This document shows positions 60,101 through 64,000 of a stretch of DNA of 64,000 bases, piece after piece; position 1 is the stretch's first letter, and each line of letters opens with the position of its first letter. The stretch is from Candidatus Dormiibacterota bacterium (lineage in GTDB: Bacteria; Acidobacteriota; Polarisedimenticolia; Gp22-AA2), in the NCBI GenBank assembly GCA_035635555.1, contig DASQAT010000028.1, forward strand, positions 7,885 to 71,884, in the 5' to 3' direction. A program made the position numbers and the translations under genes. Below the pieces are notes generated by a model. The model had not been told where the DNA came from and searched no databases. It saw nothing but the letters and a program-made list of their open reading frames with translations.

Positions 60101-60472
60101 GGTCGCCAGGATGGAGGAGACACTCCCGGGGCGGGCGCGTGCGTAGGCCGCGAGCGGACCGCCGCGCGCCTCGACGAGGCGGGCGACGAGGGCCGCCCGG
60201 ACGTCGTCGGACAACGGCTCCTGGACCGCAAGACCGGACGCGGCGAGCGCCTTGTCCGCCAGCAGCTTGTGGTGGAAGAAGTGGACGTTCAAGAGGGACG
60301 GAGCGAGGGCCGCGAGACGGAGACGCAGGTCGGAGATCAGCCGCAGTGTGGGGGCGACGACCGCGACCGGCGCGGGCAGGGACGCCCCGGCCTCCCGCTG
60401 CGCCTCCAGGAGCAGAGTCGCGAGACGGGTCTCGAGGATCGCGAAGTCATGATGTCCTTCGATGATCGGCAT
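57152..60472 (-). CDS. addB: AddB-like helicase-nuclease subunit (inactive-helicase scaffold with a C-terminal PD-(D/E)XK nuclease and Fe-S Cys cluster)
   Basis: 1106 aa. The C-terminal region has …IVSDYKTSGKL… (nuclease D-Y-K) and the cysteines CESCAYVRACRRWH, typical of the AddB iron-staple. It lies directly upstream of addA. Confidence 0.75.
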   Translation of the reverse strand: MPIIEGHHDFAILETRLATLLLEAQREAGASLPAPVAVVAPTLRLISDLRLRLAALAPSLLNVHFFHHKLLADKALAASGLAVQEPLSDDVRAALVARLVEARGGPLAAYARARPGSVSSILATLDDLRESGTPSEAPTPIAGLTDRGRELLRIYADYARALDSPAAGLCDRAASILRAVPAVRQYARRFRLVVHYGAYDLIGVNLELMRAAETSSTRLVFLVPNHPTSRAYDLARRFWPEFLAVQPKGLADARSNRLLADRLPRLYDEAAEPGPLPGDRRERVEFFHAQGAAAELREVALRILALHRDERVPLHRIGVLSRSLEPYAAELRPVFEDHGLPFETTASLGALREARAQAALQLARALLRDFPRQPLMDLCRGGLLRPGSHDPAREAHAWDRLSRDWHIAGGFTAWTRDLVRWVDDWRPHIQPDADEGEKERAAARKAGRRRQAGALASLVKDLQRAGRPLTRASSWTDWVDSLVSLLIGCLDGFAAPEGAAALDPGAAVVLRVLRDMRRLDAAGIPYAGPAALSFFEQALARSDAPIGALGGAGSPALPDHGGVRVLDAMQARGLSFDSVFLIGFNADLFPPRRTEDPFLPDADRRALRAAFKVPLPIKGSALEEERLLLAHLLGSAARRLTVSWQRADETGRARIPSLALREVARLVDGSPDMRRLEAGARRVLTHPAEAGQDALQRFGMLPPQDAAVLAALQARSPRVLLDALPRGVLPFAPGSLDALRPGLAMLAVVEEFTPADLRFDAFVGSAAPPASRFSPSRLEILGACPQHYFFRHILLIEELDEVRETYELEAREIGSRVHAVLRDVFAELIRTDGSLPDEPADETARRASGLARAAWTRHTRDIAGRMTARYPLLWRAIETLWFHTLDRFLRDDLAALLEDGTRLVGLEREESGRISLGADGRGLDLRGRFDRLGVGAAGLIVSDYKTSGKLARQVSPAQILKGMSLQLPLYLLLLESLSRDGRVEAPPARADVLGVGPAFPPGRGDEETRARVTLEMSTLTRYRDGFAETLGTLLDLARTGSFPLNRSSWLCESCAYVRACRRWHVPTVARVRSAPDGRDYALLGRKSSLRPMLDQVRDTGANEEDG

Positions 60473-60527
60473 GGACGAAGGCGCTCCCGGGGAGCGTGCC
60501 GATCATAGAACGAACGACGGAGGGTGC

Positions 60528-60926
60528 TCAGTCCTTCTTGTCCGGCTCGGGCTTCGGGTCGAGGGCGTGGTCGACGAGGCTCGACAGGTCGTCGTCGGGA
60601 GCCAGGGCGGTCTGATCGCGTTTCATGAACTCGGCGATTTCATCCTGCAGCGACTGGGACTCCACCTTCTTCTTCGAGGCGGTTTTCTTCTTCGCGCGCG
60701 GCTTCGGCGCGCTCGCCGGCTCGTCCTCCTCCGGTTCGCGGCGGCGGAACATGTTCGCCTCCTCCGGCGTCATCTCGGGCACGGGAAGGGGCGGCGGCAC
60801 TTGCGGCGCGACCGACGATTCCAGCGAGGCGGGGGCGGGGAGGAAGGCGTCGAGGAGCGTGCGCTTCTTCGGCGTCCTCACTAGAAGCTCGAACCGCTGG
60901 TAGATGTCTTTGGCGTCGGGGGCCAT
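60528..60926 (-). CDS. Hypothetical low-complexity basic/acidic protein (132 aa)
   Basis: Pro/Lys/Glu-rich and likely disordered. It sits between the TPR genes and addB on the same strand. Confidence 0.4.
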   Translation of the reverse strand: MAPDAKDIYQRFELLVRTPKKRTLLDAFLPAPASLESSVAPQVPPPLPVPEMTPEEANMFRRREPEEDEPASAPKPRAKKKTASKKKVESQSLQDEIAEFMKRDQTALAPDDDLSSLVDHALDPKPEPDKKD

Positions 60927-60935
60927 GGGGTTTTC

Positions 60936-62330
60936 CTAGTTGCTGCCGGGATCTTGCTGGAACATGCGCAGGCTCCGGCGCGCGTTCTCGTTCATCGGAT
61001 CGAGCTCCAGCGCCCGCCGCCAGGCCTCGACCGCCTTGTCGGCCTGCTTCATCTTGTAGAACGAGTTGCCGAGGTTCGCGTAGGCGACGGAGGAGTCGCC
61101 GCTGTTCTGGATCGCCTGGCCGAACATCTGCACGGCGCGGTCGAACTTGCCGGTCGTGTGGTACATGAAGCCGAGGTTGTTGTACACCTCCGCCATCGCG
61201 GGGTCGATCCGCAGCGCCTCCTGGAAGGCCTCGGTCGCCTCCTTGTCCTGGCCCATCCTGGACAGCACCAGGCCCAGGTTGTTGTGCGCCTCGGCGTACC
61301 CGGGAAGGAGCTCGATGGCGCGGCGGAAGGCCGCGAGCGCCGCGTCGAGGGCGCCGCGGTAATACAGAGCCACGCCCCGGTTGTTGCACTCCTCCGCCGT
61401 CTCCCGCTGCTTGCGCGCCAGGTCGGTCTGGTCGCGCTCGAGCTGCGTCTCGACCGCCTTGATGACCGCCCGGTTCCCTTCGTGCAGACCGCGCAGCGCG
61501 GAGTGCGTCTTCTCCGACTGGCCCTTCACCAGGAGGAGCTGCTGCGAGATCTGCAGCCCCTCGTCGGCCGCCTTGTCCAGCTTCTTGTCGTGCGAGGCGA
61601 GGGTGGTCTCCAGCTTGCGCGAGTTGGCGCTCAGGAGCGACATCTCCTCGAGAAGCCTCTCGGCGACTTTCTGCTGAAGGTCGGTGAGCGCCGTCAGCTG
61701 ATCCAGGCTCTGCGAGGCCGCGGCCGCCGTGGCGCCCACGCCCCGGCCCTGCTCCTCGAGACGCGTCTGGACGCGCGCCAGGCCTTCCTCGAAGGCGTGG
61801 CGCATCTCGGCCAGATAGTCCTGCAGCCCCTGCGCGGTGCGCGCCTCGCTCTCCTGCAGGGTGGTCGCAATGCGACTCTCGAGCTCCTGCTGGGCCGCGC
61901 CGAGGCGCCCTTCGATCTCCTGCAAGGAGGCCGCGAGCTTCGCTTCGGTCTCGCGGGGGGCGGCGTGCAGCCCTTCGGCCAGACCCTCCAGGCGCCGCGC
62001 CAGCGAGTCGCCGACCTCGGCCACGCTGCTGGAGGTCGCCTGACCGGCCTGCTGGACGAGCTGCTGCATCTCCATCGAAGAGTGCAGCAGACCCTTGCCC
62101 ACCTCCGTGAAGCGCTTCTCCATGTCGGCGAGGGCCGCGGGGGGGACGCCCGGAGAGGCGGACGGCGGCCCCTGTTCGGCCATCTTCAGCATGGCGCGGC
62201 TGGCCATCATGAGATTGCAGTCCCGCACCTCGATGTTGAAGAAGCGACAGTTTTCGTAGATGCACTCGCGATCGACCGGGTTGCCGTTGTCGTCGGTCGG
62301 CTTGAGCGCCGACAGCATCGGACAGATCAT
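60936..62330 (-). CDS. Hypothetical protein with an N-terminal 4-Cys module, a long coiled-coil and C-terminal TPR repeats
   Basis: N-terminal MICPMLSALKPTDDNGNPVDRECIYENCRFFNIEVRDC. The central region is Gln/Glu/Leu-rich and heptad-like. The C-terminal TPRs are AEAHNNLGLVL…AEVYNNLGFMY…SVAYANLGNSF. The start overlaps the upstream stop (ATGA). Confidence 0.6.
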   Translation of the reverse strand: MICPMLSALKPTDDNGNPVDRECIYENCRFFNIEVRDCNLMMASRAMLKMAEQGPPSASPGVPPAALADMEKRFTEVGKGLLHSSMEMQQLVQQAGQATSSSVAEVGDSLARRLEGLAEGLHAAPRETEAKLAASLQEIEGRLGAAQQELESRIATTLQESEARTAQGLQDYLAEMRHAFEEGLARVQTRLEEQGRGVGATAAAASQSLDQLTALTDLQQKVAERLLEEMSLLSANSRKLETTLASHDKKLDKAADEGLQISQQLLLVKGQSEKTHSALRGLHEGNRAVIKAVETQLERDQTDLARKQRETAEECNNRGVALYYRGALDAALAAFRRAIELLPGYAEAHNNLGLVLSRMGQDKEATEAFQEALRIDPAMAEVYNNLGFMYHTTGKFDRAVQMFGQAIQNSGDSSVAYANLGNSFYKMKQADKAVEAWRRALELDPMNENARRSLRMFQQDPGSN

Positions 62331-63988
62331 GAGCCGGCTCCCTCGCTGAAGGTCAGGCTGGTCTCGCCCAGGATTCGTCTCCTGCCGCCCATCAGGTCGG
62401 CGGCGACCAGGTCGCGGTACACGCGGTGCAGCGAGGCATCGAGCCCGGGCTCGGGGCGCTCCCTGGCGAGCGTCTCCAGGGTGCGGGCCGCGAGGGCGTG
62501 ATCACCGGCGCGGTCGGCGGCGAAGGCGAGTGCCCTCGTGGCGCCGAGGCGCACGAGATGCTCGGCGGCGCGGGCGTACTCGCCGCCCCGCAGCGCGATG
62601 TCGGCGCGCAGGCGGTGGGCCTCCTGCGCGTCCATCTCGGCCTGATGGCGGTCGAGGATCGCCGACGCGTCGCGCACCTCCCCCAGGTCCACGAGGAGGC
62701 GCAGCATCGCCTGCAAGTCGGCGCCGCGGCGGGAGCCCTGCTCCATCTGATTCCTGAGCCGCGCCGCGGCGGCCCGCATGAGGGCGACCTGCGCTTCGTG
62801 CACGCGCAGGAGGAACTGATTCTTGTCCGGAGCGAGGCGCTGGGCCTCGGCCAGGTATTGACGGGACGCGTCGTCGTCCCCGCGCGCCGCCGACAGCCGC
62901 CACAGCCGTACCAGGAGCGCCAGGCGCTCGTTCTGGCTGCCGACCTTCTCCAGCTGGTCGGCGAGGACCTTGACCGCATCACTGTCGCGTGCGGCCGCGG
63001 CGTAATGGTCGGCAAGGAGCAGGGCGCAGGCGTGGGCCTCGGGTGCGCGCTCGCGCAGCGCCTCGGCCTCCTCGATGATCTGGGGGCCGAGCCCCGGGTT
63101 CAGCCGACCCGCCTGATGCAGGTCCTTGAGAGCCTGGTCGACCAGCATCCGCCGGGACAGGAAGCGCGCCCGCCACAGGTAGGCCTCGCCCATCTTCGGG
63201 TCGGATTTCAGGATCGCCTCGATCCCGGCGAGGGCCCTGTCGGCCAGCCCGGGATCGCGGCGGGCCGCCTCGCCGTAGGCCTGGAGCGCCCGGTCGTGTC
63301 GTCCGGCGCGCAGGCAGGCGTCGGCGAGCAGCACGGTGATCGGCGCGCTCCCCTTGTTCTGCTTCTGGATCTCCTCCAGACGCGGCAGGAGACGCTCCGC
63401 CTCGCCGGGCATCTTCTCGAGGGCCTGCTCGATCGACTTGGCGGCGGCCTGGAACTTGCCCCGCGCCGCGTGGATGGCGCAGGCGGCCAGGTACGGGTCG
63501 AGGCAGGGCGGGGTGGTCTCGATCATCTCGTGCAGGCGCTTCAGGATCATCGGGGCCAGCGTCGCGTCGAGGCGGAACGCCTGGAGGTAGCTCGCGGCGC
63601 TGCGCGGCTGGAGTTTCAGGAACTGCAGCGCGCGCCCCATCTCGAAGGTGGCGAACGCCTGCTGCGGATCGGCCTTCAATATGCGGTCGAGGTGGCCGGC
63701 GAGGACGCTCGCCAGGTCGGGGCGCGCGTCGAGGATGGCCGAGATCACCTGCACCGAGCGTTTGTGGTCCCCCGACTCGGCCAGGATGAGGAGCATGGCC
63801 AGACCCGGCTGCGGGTCGGCGGGGAAGGCGTCCTTGAGGCGCTGCAGCTCGGACAGCACCGCGTCGGTGAGCTTCGGATCGGCGGCGCGCGCCGCGCCCA
63901 GCGCCTCGACCGCCTCGGGCGCGCGCCCCTCGGACGCCAGGACCTTGCCGAGGGCGAGTGAGGCCAGCGCGTGGGAGCCTTCCGCCAC
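62327..63988 (-). CDS. TPR-like all-alpha repeat protein (may extend beyond the window end)
   Basis: Repeated Ala/Leu-rich TPR-like helices throughout. The GTG at 63988 is the first start in the window, but the frame stays open to 64000. Confidence 0.55.
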   Translation of the reverse strand: MAEGSHALASLALGKVLASEGRAPEAVEALGAARAADPKLTDAVLSELQRLKDAFPADPQPGLAMLLILAESGDHKRSVQVISAILDARPDLASVLAGHLDRILKADPQQAFATFEMGRALQFLKLQPRSAASYLQAFRLDATLAPMILKRLHEMIETTPPCLDPYLAACAIHAARGKFQAAAKSIEQALEKMPGEAERLLPRLEEIQKQNKGSAPITVLLADACLRAGRHDRALQAYGEAARRDPGLADRALAGIEAILKSDPKMGEAYLWRARFLSRRMLVDQALKDLHQAGRLNPGLGPQIIEEAEALRERAPEAHACALLLADHYAAAARDSDAVKVLADQLEKVGSQNERLALLVRLWRLSAARGDDDASRQYLAEAQRLAPDKNQFLLRVHEAQVALMRAAAARLRNQMEQGSRRGADLQAMLRLLVDLGEVRDASAILDRHQAEMDAQEAHRLRADIALRGGEYARAAEHLVRLGATRALAFAADRAGDHALAARTLETLARERPEPGLDASLHRVYRDLVAADLMGGRRRILGETSLTFSEGAGS

Positions 63989-64000
63989 CGTGAGCCCTCT

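Overview
This is a high-GC (~68-70%) chromosomal segment, probably from an Acidobacteria- or Deltaproteobacteria-like genome. It is densely packed with genes, and many neighbours overlap by 4 nt (ATGA or GTGA), which suggests translational coupling. The host backbone encodes: a long-form Lhr helicase (truncated at the window start), HAD hydrolase, amidohydrolases, an EamA transporter, a two-redoxin/octaheme cytochrome c fusion, LOG and Rieske proteins, CRTAC1-like and BNR/PKD secreted proteins, a cold-shock protein, a DPP3-like peptidase, ETF-QO, Lon, a pdaD-speB polyamine module, a CopA P-type ATPase, a tandem-domain amidohydrolase, AddAB, and several TPR proteins. There are two tRNA genes: tRNA-Ala(GGC) and, more interestingly, tRNA-Sec (anticodon UCA; 6-bp D-stem with 4-nt D-loop; long variable arm). 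A ~9.4 kb integrative island of lower GC (~60%) sits in the 5' half of tRNA-Sec. It is bounded by perfect 40-bp direct repeats that span tRNA positions 1-39. All of its genes lie on the minus strand. Its recognisable genes are a tyrosine integrase, an RHH protein, a P-loop primase-like replication protein, an AlpA-like HTH protein and an orphan phage-type N6-adenine methyltransferase. The rest are small translationally coupled Zn-ribbon proteins and uncharacterised ORFs. It resembles a phage-satellite or PICI-like element with an uncharacterised cargo module. That cargo module is the strongest candidate here for a novel system. No CRISPR array or rRNA was seen. The ORF track mixes real genes with antisense or out-of-frame artefacts typical of high-GC DNA. 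Several true starts were reassigned from signal peptides, RBS positions and overlap logic. Manually indexed coordinates may be off by +/-1-2 nt.
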